In this document: positions 12,054-23,026 of the stretch, piece by piece
How positions within the stretch are numbered: position 1 is the first letter of the stretch
Layout: the number at the start of each line of letters is the position of its first letter
Source of the DNA: Candidatus Poribacteria bacterium
GTDB lineage: Bacteria > Poribacteria > WGA-4E > PCPOR2b
Length of the DNA stretch: 64,000 nt
Assembly: GCA_965198175.1 (NCBI GenBank)
Contig: OZ240245.1
Coordinates: forward strand, 2,112,001 to 2,176,000
Direction of reading: 5' to 3'
Program-made: the position numbers and the translations under genes
Notes under the pieces: generated by a model
Databases searched by the model: none
What the model was told of the DNA's origin: nothing
The model's input: only the letters and a program-made list of their open reading frames with translations

Positions 12054-12112
12054 CTCAACTGAATTGAAATCGCTGCCATCCAGGTGTATTCCCTCCCAAC
12101 AACAATGAGATT

Positions 12113-12982
12113 ATGAAAACAGTCGGTTTTTTTGTCAACACGTCTAAGCCCAAAGCATCCGAAGTCGTCATCGCCTTATACAATTGGCTTCGGGACAAAA
12201 GTATCGAGCCGTTGATCCCTGATGAGCAAGCTTTAACACTCGGTGTACCACGGTCAGGATGCGATCAGAACGGCGTTGTTGCCCAATGCGATTTTTTATT
12301 GGTGCTTGGTGGCGATGGAACGCTATTAAACGCTGCCCACACGCCCCGGATCGAAAACGTGCCAATCCTTGCGGTAAATCTCGGTCATCTTGGTTTCCTT
12401 ACTGAAGTTTCGCTTGATGAGCTTTATCCGGCGCTAACTAACATCTTTGCGGGAAATTACAATATCGATCAGCGGATGATGCTAGAGATCGATGTGGACA
12501 ATCCCGATTTGCGAGGTTCGGAATCTTTTGCCCTTAATGATGTTGTGATTCGCTGTTATGGACAGCTCATTGAACTCGATACCTATATTGATGGCGAAGT
12601 GTTCGTGATGTATAACGCTGATGGCTTGATTATCGCCACTCCAAGTGGTTCAACAGCCTATTCCCTAGCAAGCGGTGGGACTATTGTCGACCCGCACCTC
12701 AACGCGATTCTTTTAACACCGATTGCGCCCCATTCGCTCACGGTTCGCCCCTTTATAGCACACGGAGATTCCGAGATTACTGTTGCGATGCGATCTGATT
12801 ACAGCAGCGTCGACCTTTTTGTTGACGGACAACGTGAAACACACTCTCTTGCCTCAGACTGCTTGATTCGTATCCGAAAGGCGAAAAAAACAATCCAACT
12901 CATTCGTTCTCAGCATCGCAGTGCCTACGACGCCTTACGAACCAAATTAATGTTGGGAGAGGGAACGAAACGTAAAACGTAA
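12113..12982 (+). CDS. nadK: NAD(+) kinase
   Basis: GGDGT, NLGHLGFL, ND, DGLIIATPSGSTAYSL. Confidence 0.96.
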   Translation: MKTVGFFVNTSKPKASEVVIALYNWLRDKSIEPLIPDEQALTLGVPRSGCDQNGVVAQCDFLLVLGGDGTLLNAAHTPRIENVPILAVNLGHLGFLTEVSLDELYPALTNIFAGNYNIDQRMMLEIDVDNPDLRGSESFALNDVVIRCYGQLIELDTYIDGEVFVMYNADGLIIATPSGSTAYSLASGGTIVDPHLNAILLTPIAPHSLTVRPFIAHGDSEITVAMRSDYSSVDLFVDGQRETHSLASDCLIRIRKAKKTIQLIRSQHRSAYDALRTKLMLGEGTKRKT

Positions 12983-13006
12983 GGCATAGATTTCTTTATT
13001 TACGAT

Positions 13007-14740
13007 ATGATCGAGGAACTTTATATTCACAATATTGCACTTATTGATGAACTCCGACTCGAATTTTCCCCTGGTCTCAATATTTTCACCGGCGAAACGG
13101 GAACTGGAAAGTCTGTCATCCTAAGCGCCGTGGGATTGGCATTAGGCGAACGCCGTGTCTCTGGAGTTGTTCCACCGGGCAAGAGCCACGCAAAAGTGCA
13201 GATTGCGGTTAATCTGCCCCCGGTCCATCCAGTATGGCATTGCCTCAGTGAATCCGGTCTCGCTAATGCCGTTGATTCACAGGAGGGGTTGCTTATATCT
13301 CGACAAATTAGCGGAAACGGACGGAGTCGGTGCCATCTTAACGGACAGATCGTCAACCTGACGCTTCTACAGGCAATTGGGAACCTGCTGGTCGATATTC
13401 ACGGTCAGCATGAACATCAGTCGCTTTTCCGATTCGAGACCCATTTGAATCTCCTCGATGCTTTCGGTAAACTTGAGGGGCTGCGATTGCAGGTCAGTAA
13501 AACGTACGATGAAATTCACACGTTACGCGGGCATCTTGCCGATCTTTCACGGAGGTTGCACGAAGCGACGCATGAGAAGGAGTTGTTGGAATTTCAACTA
13601 GATGAATTGGAGAATGCCCAACTTCAAGAAGAAGAGGAAGAGAGCCTTGTCAATGAGCGTAACCTCCTCAGTAACGCGGAAGCTCGTTTTGAATCCGCGA
13701 GCCTGGCTTACGATCAGCTTCATGGTGGAGTCCAATCGGATTCTTCAATACTGGACAACCTGAAAGGGATGAATCGCACAATTTCGAAACTCAGTCAGAT
13801 GGACGGAAATCTAGTTGAGTTAAATGTCCGGTTTGAATCTGCTTTGTACGAATTGGAGGATATCACCTATCAAATTCGTGACTACCGTGACACTGTTGAA
13901 TTTAACTCACATCGTCTCACGGAAGTCGAAGAACGTTTAGATCTCATCCACCGGCTCAAGCGGAAGTACGGTAATTCTATCGCTGAAATTTTGGATTATC
14001 AAGCGCATGTGGATCGGACGCTGAAAGAATTCCTAGTCAGTTCTGAACACATCGAAGAACTGGAAAATCAGATTCAGGTTGCGATTACGAAGGGACAGGA
14101 GCTCGCGGTTGAACTCTCTGAAAAACGTAAAGAAACCGCCACGCGGTTGGAGTCTTTAATCGAGATGCAACTCCAAACGCTGGGAATGGAAAAGACAATT
14201 TTCCGGATTCTTGTGCAGCCGGTGGAGTCGCCCAATGGAATCTTGCAGATCAATGGAAAACGGTATGAATTGAGGTCCCGTGGCATGGATGAAATCGAAT
14301 TTCTGATTGCACCCAACATTGGATCTGAACCGAAATCTTTGGCAAAAATTGCGTCCGGCGGTGAAATCTCTCGCGTCATGCTTGCCCTGAAAACCGCACT
14401 TGCTCGAATTGACAACATCCCATCAATGATCTATGACGAGATTGATGTCGGCATCGGTGGGCATACGGCGGATATCGTTGGGCAAAAATTGGAGGAATTA
14501 GCGCGTTTGCGTCAAGTCATCTGTATCACGCACCTTCCGCAAATCGCACGCCTCGCCAATAGGCATTTTCGTGTCGAAAAACATGTAAAAGACAATCGGA
14601 CAACAATCTCAGCGAAACAGTTGACTTCGGAAGAACGGGTTGAGGAAATTGCCCGGATGCATGGCGGAGAGTTGACGGAAACTACACTTGTACGTGCACG
14701 AGAACTGTTAAAAGGACTAAGTTCAAAGGCGTGTGGGTGA
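13007..14740 (+). CDS. recN: DNA repair protein RecN
   Basis: TGETGTGKS, IHGQHEHQ, ASGGEISR, DEIDVGIGG, ITHLPQIA; follows nadK. Confidence 0.97.
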   Translation: MIEELYIHNIALIDELRLEFSPGLNIFTGETGTGKSVILSAVGLALGERRVSGVVPPGKSHAKVQIAVNLPPVHPVWHCLSESGLANAVDSQEGLLISRQISGNGRSRCHLNGQIVNLTLLQAIGNLLVDIHGQHEHQSLFRFETHLNLLDAFGKLEGLRLQVSKTYDEIHTLRGHLADLSRRLHEATHEKELLEFQLDELENAQLQEEEEESLVNERNLLSNAEARFESASLAYDQLHGGVQSDSSILDNLKGMNRTISKLSQMDGNLVELNVRFESALYELEDITYQIRDYRDTVEFNSHRLTEVEERLDLIHRLKRKYGNSIAEILDYQAHVDRTLKEFLVSSEHIEELENQIQVAITKGQELAVELSEKRKETATRLESLIEMQLQTLGMEKTIFRILVQPVESPNGILQINGKRYELRSRGMDEIEFLIAPNIGSEPKSLAKIASGGEISRVMLALKTALARIDNIPSMIYDEIDVGIGGHTADIVGQKLEELARLRQVICITHLPQIARLANRHFRVEKHVKDNRTTISAKQLTSEERVEEIARMHGGELTETTLVRARELLKGLSSKACG

Positions 14741-15035
14741 GATAAATATGCCGTTTTCGGCAACAAAAACTAACTTTGAGAATGACTTGATTGATATATC
14801 AACGGTTCAATCAAGTTGCAGCTATAACGGAACAACAGGTTGAAAAGGTGTTTACAACAATTTTGTGCGTTGTTATCCTCTTGGAAGGTGCATTTTAGAA
14901 TGGTGAGAAAGGGGTATTCCTTTTCAAGTGTCTTTTCAAAACAGACATGCAGGCAAGAAAACATCCATGGTTTTCAAAAATTGGAGGATGGTTGGAGTCG
15001 TTCTCCATAGTGTATGTATAGAAGGCGGATGAAAT

Positions 15036-18000
15036 ATGGACAAAAGATTTATACAGGAAAGTGGTACGAACGTTTATACAGGTTGTGAGTTGTTAATTAA
15101 AGGGGTGCTCGAAAGTGGAGTCAGTCTGCTAACAGGATACCCGGGATCGCCGCTTGCCGACGTCTTCGAAGTCATTCGACGGAACGCAGATCTTTTTAAG
15201 GAACATGGCATTGTTGCGCAGATTGCAAACAATGAAGCCCTTAGCGTCGCAAGGCTTAACGGATCGCAGATGGCGCAACTGCGTGCAGTTGCTTTTATGA
15301 AGAGCGTTGGACTGCATGTGGCGTCTGACGCCCTGGCGATTAGCAATTTGGCGGGAACAACGGGTGGGGCCGTAGTTGTCGTCGGAGATGATCCTGCCTC
15401 GAGCAGCACACAAGTACCTGCGGATTCGCGTTTTATAGCCCGTCATCTCTATGCGCCTGTTGTGGAACCGAGCACATTCCAGGAAGTGAAGGATTGGTTA
15501 CGTGTTGCTTTTGAACTCTCCGTTAATTCCAGTCTATACACAACCTACCTAGTCACGGTAAATCAGGCAGATGGCGGGGGAAATGTCCAGCTTCATCCGA
15601 ACCACTATCCCGACATTAACGCGAAAGATACGACGACGCTCAATACGGATGAGATTAATGTAGATAACCGCGTGGTTTTGCCGCCCGATAGCGCTCGGAT
15701 TGAGATTGAAACGTTAGAAAGGCGTTTCCCCAATGCGATTAAGACTGCACGAGACCACAATCTGAATCAAATTTACAATCTAAACGGGATCCAACACGAG
15801 ATGGGTTTTGTCACGTCAGGAATGGCATACACGTATCTTGAGCATGCTCTTCATGAGCTGGATATCCAAGGACAAATTCCAATCCTTAAACTCGGTTTGA
15901 CCCATCCGGTTGATGCAGAGATTGTACGCCAATTTTCGGCGAATGTCCGCGAGATTTACGTTGTTGAGGAGAAGCGCCCACTTCTTGAGAAGGACATCAA
16001 GACAATCGTGGGTGAGCTCTACCAAAGTGGCGAAGTCGATCGATTTGTGCAGGTGTGGGGGAAACAATTTCCAAACGGCTTAGCTGGGATTCCCGAATCG
16101 CTTGGTCTCAATCCGTCCATCCTGATTCAACGGTTGATTCCACTCCTTCGGTGGAAGATTCAAGCAGACTCCTCCTTCCAATCCAAAGGATTAGAAGGAA
16201 GGGAAAAAGTTACGCCTTCTCCTGGGCTTCAGATTGGGAGGGCTGAGGAATCCTGTTTTTCCGCTGCGAAAATCCATATCAATGAAGGTGTGCTCTCGCG
16301 AGAAGAAAAACGGATTGAACAGGTGAATTCTTATGAAGTTCAAATTTCAGCGCGAACACCCACTTTTTGTCCGGGGTGTCCGCATCGCGATTCTTCAAGT
16401 GTTTTTTTGGAGATTGCCAAGCATTTTATGGATGTTGACTACATGGAAAAGCAGCACGCCTCCTCACCCGTAGATCTCGTTTTTCATGGGGACATCGGCT
16501 GTTATTCTATGCTGAAGTACGAACCGTTTCCACGTCTCATGCACAATCTATCAGCGATGGCTCTGGGCGGCGGTACAGGAGCAGGAATTGATTCATTCAT
16601 TAAAAATAAACAGATTGTCTTTATGGGCGATTCCACATTCTTCCATGGGGGGATGTCGGCAATATCCGACTCAATTAAGAATGGACAAGATATCACCTAC
16701 GTCATCCTAGATAATAAGACAACTGCGATGACAGGACATCAACCTACGCCGGCGGGGGAGGAGGATATTCTCGGCAATTCGACGTTCGCTCAGGACATTG
16801 AAAAAGTTGCGCAAGGACTCGCTGGGAGTTCCAATCTCTTCATCGTCCGAACCAATCCTGAAGATCGTGTCAAGTATAAGGCACTTCTTGAGGAATCAAT
16901 TCTCCATCCAGGCGTTAAGATTGTCATTGCTGATAAGGAGTGTGGAATCACTTACCATCGCCGTTTGCGCCGCGAACACCAAAGAACCATTAAAGAAAGA
17001 GGTTTCTTGAAGGTCGAGAAGCATATCAATATCACCCCGGAGGTTTGCGAATTCTGTCTGGAATGCACCAAAGCCACAGGTTGTCCCGGTCTAAAGGTCA
17101 GCGAAACTGATTACGGACCAAAAATTGGCATCGATTCATCAAACTGCGTGTCCGACGGGGCTTGTGCTCGGATTAAGTGGGCATGTCCCTCGTTTGAAGA
17201 GGTCATCGTAACACGCAAGCGTCCACCGCGAGTGTTGGTGGATGCAGACTTAAATTTGAAGGAACGAGAGAATAACATATCAATTGGTGTCGCTCCCACC
17301 GTAGTGGAGCCGCTTCCGCTACCGTCGCTGCGGGATTTCGATCGGACGTGGAGTGTTTATGCCGCTGGCGTTGGTGGAATGGGCATTGGTACAATCTCCT
17401 CCATACTAGTTCTCGCTGGGTATACACAAGGGTATCAAGTACAATTCTGCGATAAGAAGGGTTTGGCAATACGCAACGGTGGCGTCTATGCCCATGTGAT
17501 TTATTCAAAGACCGACAATCAAATTTCTCCAATCATCCCTTACGGCAAAGCAGATCTCCTGCTAGGTTTGGACATTTTAGAGGCTGTACGTGGCATTGAT
17601 GCGAAGGCGCAATTTCGGATTGCTACGCCAGATGGGACAACCGCTGTCGTCAATACAGCGAAAACAGATACCGTAACCACACTCATTGGCAAAGATAGCT
17701 TTGAAGTTGCAGATCTGGAGAATAGTATACGGACTTATACCAGAACCGATGAATATTTCGGGGCGGACTTATTTGAGGTCTCTGAGCGATTACTAGGAAA
17801 CAAACTCTACGCAAACATCATGCTGCTGGGTGTGGCTTTCCAGCGTGGGCAGCTTCCACTAGAACTCGATCGTGTTCAATCAGCGTTGAAATGGGTGGCG
17901 AAACCTTCCGATCTAGCGTCCAACCAACGCGCTTTTGACATTGGTAGGCGGATTGCTATAGATGCGAAGGTTTTCTCAGTGGCACCCAAACAGCAAGGGT

Positions 18001-18728
18001 ATAAAACGTTACTTAGGGAGAAATGCGGAATATTAGCGAAAAGAAGGCGGGGTGAATTCTTGGAGGGTGAATATGAGAAGCTAGTTCAAGAAGCGGTAGA
18101 GACCATGGAATTAGATGAAAAGACCAATCGCAGCTTCGCGCTGCGGGTGTACGATCTCATTCAATTTGAAGACCTGAACTATGCCCGCTTGTACACCGAA
18201 AAGATTCAGCGCATCTATGCCGAAGACTTTCGTGCGGAGGGCTATCGAGCTACCAAAGCTGCCATCAACTACTTGTTCAAGATTATGCTCATTAAAGACG
18301 AAATTTACGTGGCTCACCTGCTAACTAGCGAGGACAAATTAAAACGCGATAAAGCACAGTATAATGTCGATGAATCAAATGGCGATAGGGTCAAGTATGT
18401 TCACCTCAACCGCCCGCATTTCACTGTAATGGGAGTGGATATTCGGTGGGATATGAACACCCGGAACTGGCAACTGAATTTGATGAAACGGATGAAGTTC
18501 CTCAGACGTTGGCTTTCTCAGTGGCACGCAAAGGAAAAAGCCTTCCGCGATTGGTACATCGTTGAGGTCATCAATACCTTTGCCCCAAAAAATACCAAAG
18601 ATTACGAAACTCACGTTCGTGCGCTGGAAGTCCCTGAAGAAGTCTGTGGTTATCGAGAAGTGCGTTATCCGAAGATGGAAACCGCTAAACAAAAGGTTGA
18701 AACGTTATTATCGAAGATTCATCATTGA
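15036..18728 (+). CDS. Fused indolepyruvate:ferredoxin oxidoreductase family protein (alpha + ferredoxin + beta/gamma + C-terminal domain)
   Basis: GYPGSP, FCPGCPH, GDIGCY, GDSTFFH TPP motif, DNKTTAMTGHQ, CEFCLEC...GCP, AGVGGMG. Confidence 0.88.
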   Translation: MDKRFIQESGTNVYTGCELLIKGVLESGVSLLTGYPGSPLADVFEVIRRNADLFKEHGIVAQIANNEALSVARLNGSQMAQLRAVAFMKSVGLHVASDALAISNLAGTTGGAVVVVGDDPASSSTQVPADSRFIARHLYAPVVEPSTFQEVKDWLRVAFELSVNSSLYTTYLVTVNQADGGGNVQLHPNHYPDINAKDTTTLNTDEINVDNRVVLPPDSARIEIETLERRFPNAIKTARDHNLNQIYNLNGIQHEMGFVTSGMAYTYLEHALHELDIQGQIPILKLGLTHPVDAEIVRQFSANVREIYVVEEKRPLLEKDIKTIVGELYQSGEVDRFVQVWGKQFPNGLAGIPESLGLNPSILIQRLIPLLRWKIQADSSFQSKGLEGREKVTPSPGLQIGRAEESCFSAAKIHINEGVLSREEKRIEQVNSYEVQISARTPTFCPGCPHRDSSSVFLEIAKHFMDVDYMEKQHASSPVDLVFHGDIGCYSMLKYEPFPRLMHNLSAMALGGGTGAGIDSFIKNKQIVFMGDSTFFHGGMSAISDSIKNGQDITYVILDNKTTAMTGHQPTPAGEEDILGNSTFAQDIEKVAQGLAGSSNLFIVRTNPEDRVKYKALLEESILHPGVKIVIADKECGITYHRRLRREHQRTIKERGFLKVEKHINITPEVCEFCLECTKATGCPGLKVSETDYGPKIGIDSSNCVSDGACARIKWACPSFEEVIVTRKRPPRVLVDADLNLKERENNISIGVAPTVVEPLPLPSLRDFDRTWSVYAAGVGGMGIGTISSILVLAGYTQGYQVQFCDKKGLAIRNGGVYAHVIYSKTDNQISPIIPYGKADLLLGLDILEAVRGIDAKAQFRIATPDGTTAVVNTAKTDTVTTLIGKDSFEVADLENSIRTYTRTDEYFGADLFEVSERLLGNKLYANIMLLGVAFQRGQLPLELDRVQSALKWVAKPSDLASNQRAFDIGRRIAIDAKVFSVAPKQQGYKTLLREKCGILAKRRRGEFLEGEYEKLVQEAVETMELDEKTNRSFALRVYDLIQFEDLNYARLYTEKIQRIYAEDFRAEGYRATKAAINYLFKIMLIKDEIYVAHLLTSEDKLKRDKAQYNVDESNGDRVKYVHLNRPHFTVMGVDIRWDMNTRNWQLNLMKRMKFLRRWLSQWHAKEKAFRDWYIVEVINTFAPKNTKDYETHVRALEVPEEVCGYREVRYPKMETAKQKVETLLSKIHH

Positions 18729-18928
18729 TTCCGAAGTCGTCATCAAGGTTGAAGGGCGTTCATACATTTTCTGTTGAGGAAGACTCACCAAACAATAGCT
18801 TGACAAATTCGATAACTTTCTAATGAGCGACTGATAACCGCTCTGAATTATGAGTTCGAGTTGTTTGAAGGGAAACTTCGTTGCGGAAAGACCGAGTTCG
18901 TTGATGGAATACTGGTGCACGTGAAAGA

Positions 18929-19804
18929 GTGAAACATTACGCATCACACATCACAGGCAAAACCAAAATCGTTGGGGTAATAGGCGATCCGGTCGAGCAC
19001 AGTTGCTCGCCACAAATGCACAATGCCGCTTTTACTGCATTAGGTCTGGATTATGTTTACGTCCCTTTTCACGTCCGACCGAATGATTTGTGTGTTGCTA
19101 TTGAGGGGTTCAAAGCGACTAGCATCCTCGGAGTGAATGTTACTGTTCCCTACAAACAGCGTGTGATTCCATTCCTTGACCGGATATCTCAAGAAGCAAC
19201 ACTGATTGGTGCTGTTAACACGCTAATTTTTGAACAAGGAAAAATTATCGGCGAAAATACAGATGCGTCCGGCTTTTTACAAGCGATGTGGCACGAAGGG
19301 TTTGAGGTGTCCCGAAATGGTTCTGCTGTCGTGATTGGAGCGGGCGGATCGGCACGAGCAATTGTTGTAGCGCTCGCCCGTGCCAACCTGCAATCCATAA
19401 TCATCGCCAATCGTACCGCACCCAAAGCCATTGCGCTTGCTACAAGTCTTTCAGAGAAAACAAGGGTGAAAATTAGTGGGATGGGACTTGATGATGCGAA
19501 GCTACCAGACACAGTGTCGATGAGTCAGTTAATAGTCAATACCGCCTCCGCAAGTATGGATATTTCGCACCCGCTTTTGATTCGACCCGAGTGGTTAACT
19601 CCGCAGTCCATCGTTTACGATATCATCTACACACCCCTTGAAACTCGCTTGTTGCAAGCGGCAGCAAAACGGGGATGTCACACAATTGATGGCCTTGGGA
19701 TGCTTCTTTACCAAGGAGCAATTGCTTTTGAAAGGTGGACACAAATTCCACCGCCCATTGAGACAATGAGGTGTGCACTTCAACAGGCGTTGGATCAAAT
19801 GTAG
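18929..19804 (+). CDS. aroE: Shikimate dehydrogenase
   Basis: IGDPVEHSCSP, NVTVPYK, GAVNT, NTD, GAGGSARA, DGLGMLLYQG. Confidence 0.96.
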   Translation: MKHYASHITGKTKIVGVIGDPVEHSCSPQMHNAAFTALGLDYVYVPFHVRPNDLCVAIEGFKATSILGVNVTVPYKQRVIPFLDRISQEATLIGAVNTLIFEQGKIIGENTDASGFLQAMWHEGFEVSRNGSAVVIGAGGSARAIVVALARANLQSIIIANRTAPKAIALATSLSEKTRVKISGMGLDDAKLPDTVSMSQLIVNTASASMDISHPLLIRPEWLTPQSIVYDIIYTPLETRLLQAAAKRGCHTIDGLGMLLYQGAIAFERWTQIPPPIETMRCALQQALDQM

Positions 19805-19827
19805 AATGTTCTTCCTTACAGGTGATT

Positions 19828-20184
19828 ATGAAAGCTTCAGATTCTTCTCCTTCTACAACATCAGCGTCTGCTTCATCAATTAAGGTGAGTATTCTCAATA
19901 CGCAATACACAATTAAGCAGACCGATAACTTAACAGAAGATAATATTCGTGCGTTAGCCGAGCACGTGGATCGGATGATGCAGCAATTCCGCAAAAAAGG
20001 CCACGATGATATCAGTGTAGCGACTATGGCTGCTCTGAATATCGCCGCACAAATGTATGGCGAACAGAGGCGATCTGCTGATACAATTCGTCACCTCACA
20101 CAAATTTTAGATGAAGCGATGGATAACGATGCAGTGCCCGGCACGCAGCGTGCAAATTCGACAGAAGGTTCATCCCACCCATAG
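19828..20184 (+). CDS. zapA: Cell division protein ZapA
   Basis: IKVSILNTQY...LAEHVD...MAALNIA pattern followed by coiled coil; ATG 19828 after AGGTG. Confidence 0.8.
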   Translation: MKASDSSPSTTSASASSIKVSILNTQYTIKQTDNLTEDNIRALAEHVDRMMQQFRKKGHDDISVATMAALNIAAQMYGEQRRSADTIRHLTQILDEAMDNDAVPGTQRANSTEGSSHP

Positions 20185-20271
20185 TCAATCTTAGCGAACC
20201 TTCCTACGAGAAGATGGGAAACTTGGAAGATTACTCCTCCCCTCCGTTCAATTACCTTCCTCTCTTTGCCC

Positions 20272-20931
20272 TTAACGGATGACAACGAGATGTCGAATTC
20301 GTTCCAGAGTTTTGTCGCCGATTCCTCTCACCTTGGCGAGATCGTCAGCGCTTGAAAAGGAGCCATGGGTTTCGCGGTATTCAATGATGCGTTGTGCTAT
20401 TACAGGGCCAATTCGTGGAAGGGTTTGCAATTGTTCCAATGCGGCAACATTGGGATTGATGAGCGATTTTTGCTCGGGTATGAGCGGATTGGATGCAGGA
20501 GAATGGGATAAGGTTTGCGTTACATCGACCGAAGGCGACGGGAGTTGGCGCGATTCCGGCACATAGATCCGCTGACCGTCGCTGACTTTCGCAGCTAGAT
20601 TGAGTTGGTGAATATCAGCTCTTTCAGTAGCCCCGCCCGCTTTCTCTATAGCCCTTTCGACGCGTGCGCCTAGCGAAAGACGATATACTCCCGGTGACTG
20701 AACGGCACCGGCCACATGGACGACAATCTCTGCAGGTGAGTTTGACAAACTTGGTGCGTCTGGATTCGATTGTTCCGCGGGTGAAGCACGCTCGTGGTTG
20801 ACGATGAGATCCGGTTCACCAAGGAAAAGCACCGGGTAAAAACGTCTTAGCATCCAGTATCCACTTCCCACGAGTATCACGACGACTAAAAAAATGAGGA
20901 CATTTCGATATTGTTGGTCCAGGGTGTTCAT
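20272..20931 (-). CDS. comEA: ComEA family DNA-binding protein (SLBB + HhH)
   Basis: N-terminal TM; VHVAGAVQSPGVY; LNLAAKVSDG; LPRIGPVIAQRI; VRGIG. Confidence 0.92.
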   Translation of the reverse strand: MNTLDQQYRNVLIFLVVVILVGSGYWMLRRFYPVLFLGEPDLIVNHERASPAEQSNPDAPSLSNSPAEIVVHVAGAVQSPGVYRLSLGARVERAIEKAGGATERADIHQLNLAAKVSDGQRIYVPESRQLPSPSVDVTQTLSHSPASNPLIPEQKSLINPNVAALEQLQTLPRIGPVIAQRIIEYRETHGSFSSADDLAKVRGIGDKTLERIRHLVVIR

Positions 20932-21005
20932 TTTGATCTAACGGTCATACTAGCTTGGAAAACCTTGATAGGTTATAGAAGCAGCGACTGTTTTCTTCAA
21001 CGCCG

Positions 21006-22196
21006 TTACGAGCTACTACCTTTCTGTTTCGAAGGTGCCGACAGATTTAGCAAACGCGAATAGAGCAATTCAGTCAATCGGATGTTTTTTTTGGCACCGA
21101 ACAGTTGTTCTGCTCTTGCACGTCCTGCATGTCCCATCTGCCTCGAAAGTTCCCGATCTTCTGCGAGCAGCGCAATTGCCTCGGCAAACGCTTTGGCATT
21201 CTCTGGGGGAACGAAAACCCCGGTTTCTGGTGTAACTAGTTCTTGGCTACCCCCGAGGGGTGTAGTGACTACAGGTTTACCAGCTGCCATCGATTCAATA
21301 ATCATGCGAGGACAAGCTTCGGGGATAATCGAAGGGAGCAGCATCATATCAAGGAGGGCTGTTATCGCGCGCGTATCTGCCAGAAATCCAGTGAAAATCA
21401 CGAAATCCGCGAGTCCCAACTTACTAATTCGGGTTTTTAGACGATCAAGGTAATCTATATCTTTTGGAAAGTATGGCTTCCCCACAATTATCAGTTTGAT
21501 TCGGTGTTGCTTTTTGAGTTCCGCCATTGCCTCAATCAAGAAGTGAATTCCTTTCTCGAATGTAATACGGGTCACAATCCCCACCAATATGTCCTCACGG
21601 TTGAGATTTAGATTCGATCGCACAGCTTCCACTTCCGCCGTTGCGGTGTTAGGCACGTCTAGTTCAACACCATTATATATGAGCACCTGCTTGGACTGGG
21701 CTGCAAAATTCCAACGGGTCGCTTTTGAAACTAGTATAACGCTATCCACTAACTTCTCACCCATCCGATCGAATAGCCCATACGATGTGGCGTACCGTTT
21801 GTGCATGATAATCGGAATACCGCTGAATTTTGCGGCAGCCCCACCAATCAAAGCCGTTGCCAGGGAATTCGCATGGATGAGATTCACTCGCTTTTCTTTA
21901 ATCACTCGCAGAAGCTGGAGGACAGCCGCAATAAACTCTAAATCGCTGATGAGGTCTTCGAAAGTGAAACGGCGGTGGATGTCCGTCTTTTCATGCGGTG
22001 CTGGAAGTTTGAGCGGAATAACCGCATGCTCTTCCTTCCGTGCTTCCGCTGCAAGCGCACTATCCGGCAAACAACCGACAACTGGGGAAAATCGCGTCTT
22101 GTCCAGATATTTGAGGAGAAGCAGTAAGCTGCGCTGTCCTCCACCAATGCCCGATCCACTATCTAGATACAAGATGTTATACTGCTTGGATTTCAT
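21006..22196 (-). CDS. Glycosyltransferase family 4
   Basis: GGGQR, RITFEKG, EACPRMIIESMAAGKPVV; start chosen at ATG 22196. Confidence 0.9.
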   Translation of the reverse strand: MKSKQYNILYLDSGSGIGGGQRSLLLLLKYLDKTRFSPVVGCLPDSALAAEARKEEHAVIPLKLPAPHEKTDIHRRFTFEDLISDLEFIAAVLQLLRVIKEKRVNLIHANSLATALIGGAAAKFSGIPIIMHKRYATSYGLFDRMGEKLVDSVILVSKATRWNFAAQSKQVLIYNGVELDVPNTATAEVEAVRSNLNLNREDILVGIVTRITFEKGIHFLIEAMAELKKQHRIKLIIVGKPYFPKDIDYLDRLKTRISKLGLADFVIFTGFLADTRAITALLDMMLLPSIIPEACPRMIIESMAAGKPVVTTPLGGSQELVTPETGVFVPPENAKAFAEAIALLAEDRELSRQMGHAGRARAEQLFGAKKNIRLTELLYSRLLNLSAPSKQKGSSS

Positions 22197-22419
22197 GACT
22201 CGTAATTTTACTGACGAAAAAAGCGCTGGCGGTCCCGATTTGATTAGCCAAAACGCCGTAAGGCGCATCCTCTAAAAGAACTAACGTATAACAAACGCGT
22301 CGGGTATCACCGGGACCTACACCGATGGCAACAGGTCAATTCCGCCGCAGATATCGTTTAGACGACTGCGCTCCTATCCCATGTCGTTGTAAGTGCAACT
22401 CATGTGTACAATCTAATCC

Positions 22420-22449
22420 TTGACATTTTTAAACGTCTTCGATTATAAT
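22420..22449 (+). promoter_or_regulatory. sigma70-type promoter of rhodanese gene
   Basis: TTGACA-N18-TATAAT with consensus hexamers. Confidence 0.65.
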
Positions 22450-22591
22450 TTGGGACGATTTCGTCTTTCAAAAAAATGCTGTTCTAGTTAAACAGCTAAT
22501 TCTATATCAGATTAGAATTGAATTTTGCCGTTGTTATTGAGATCGTAATTGTGTTAGATATCGTGGATGGCCATATTAAGGAGAGAAACCG

Positions 22592-23026
22592 ATGCTGAAG
22601 AGTATTAAAACTGCTTTTCAAAATTTCTTCAACATGCGCTCTGGCAAAGGGCACCTACCTAAAGCTGCGCCGAGCGCAGACGAGGCCATCCTTCCTTTCA
22701 ATCCTGCAGAATATTCCATCTCGCCGCAACGCCTGAAACGTTTAATAGATGAAGGAAGTGATATTGTTCTGTTAGATGTCCGAGAGGAATGGGAGTACCA
22801 AATTGTTCATCTTAATGACGCGAGGTGGATTCCTTTTGGGGAGTTGCCGCAACGAGCTTTCAAGCTTAACCCTTACGCAGAGATTGTCGTTTACTGTCAC
22901 CGAGGGATGCGAAGTCTTGATGCAGCTTACCTTATGCAGCAACTTGGATTCAAAAGAGTCAAGAGTTTGGTTGGTGGAATCGACAAGTGGGCTAGGGAAA
23001 TCGATTCAAATCTGCATCGATATTGA
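22592..23026 (+). CDS. Single-domain rhodanese/sulfurtransferase (resembles MoeZ C-terminal domain)
   Basis: LDVREEWE, YCHRGMRS, LVGGIDKW; AGGAG RBS. Confidence 0.9.
   Translation: MLKSIKTAFQNFFNMRSGKGHLPKAAPSADEAILPFNPAEYSISPQRLKRLIDEGSDIVLLDVREEWEYQIVHLNDARWIPFGELPQRAFKLNPYAEIVVYCHRGMRSLDAAYLMQQLGFKRVKSLVGGIDKWAREIDSNLHRY

Noticed and set aside
20185..20271. 6S RNA expected downstream of zapA
   Set aside because: Only ~87 nt before the convergent comEA gene, and no long rod-like structure.
21589..22275. 228-aa plus-strand ORF and many similar overlapping ORFs
   Set aside because: Antisense or off-frame shadows of well-supported genes; no motifs.
22275..22410. GC-rich intergenic stretch as tRNA, SRP RNA or riboswitch
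   Set aside because: No cloverleaf, T-loop or recognisable riboswitch motif.
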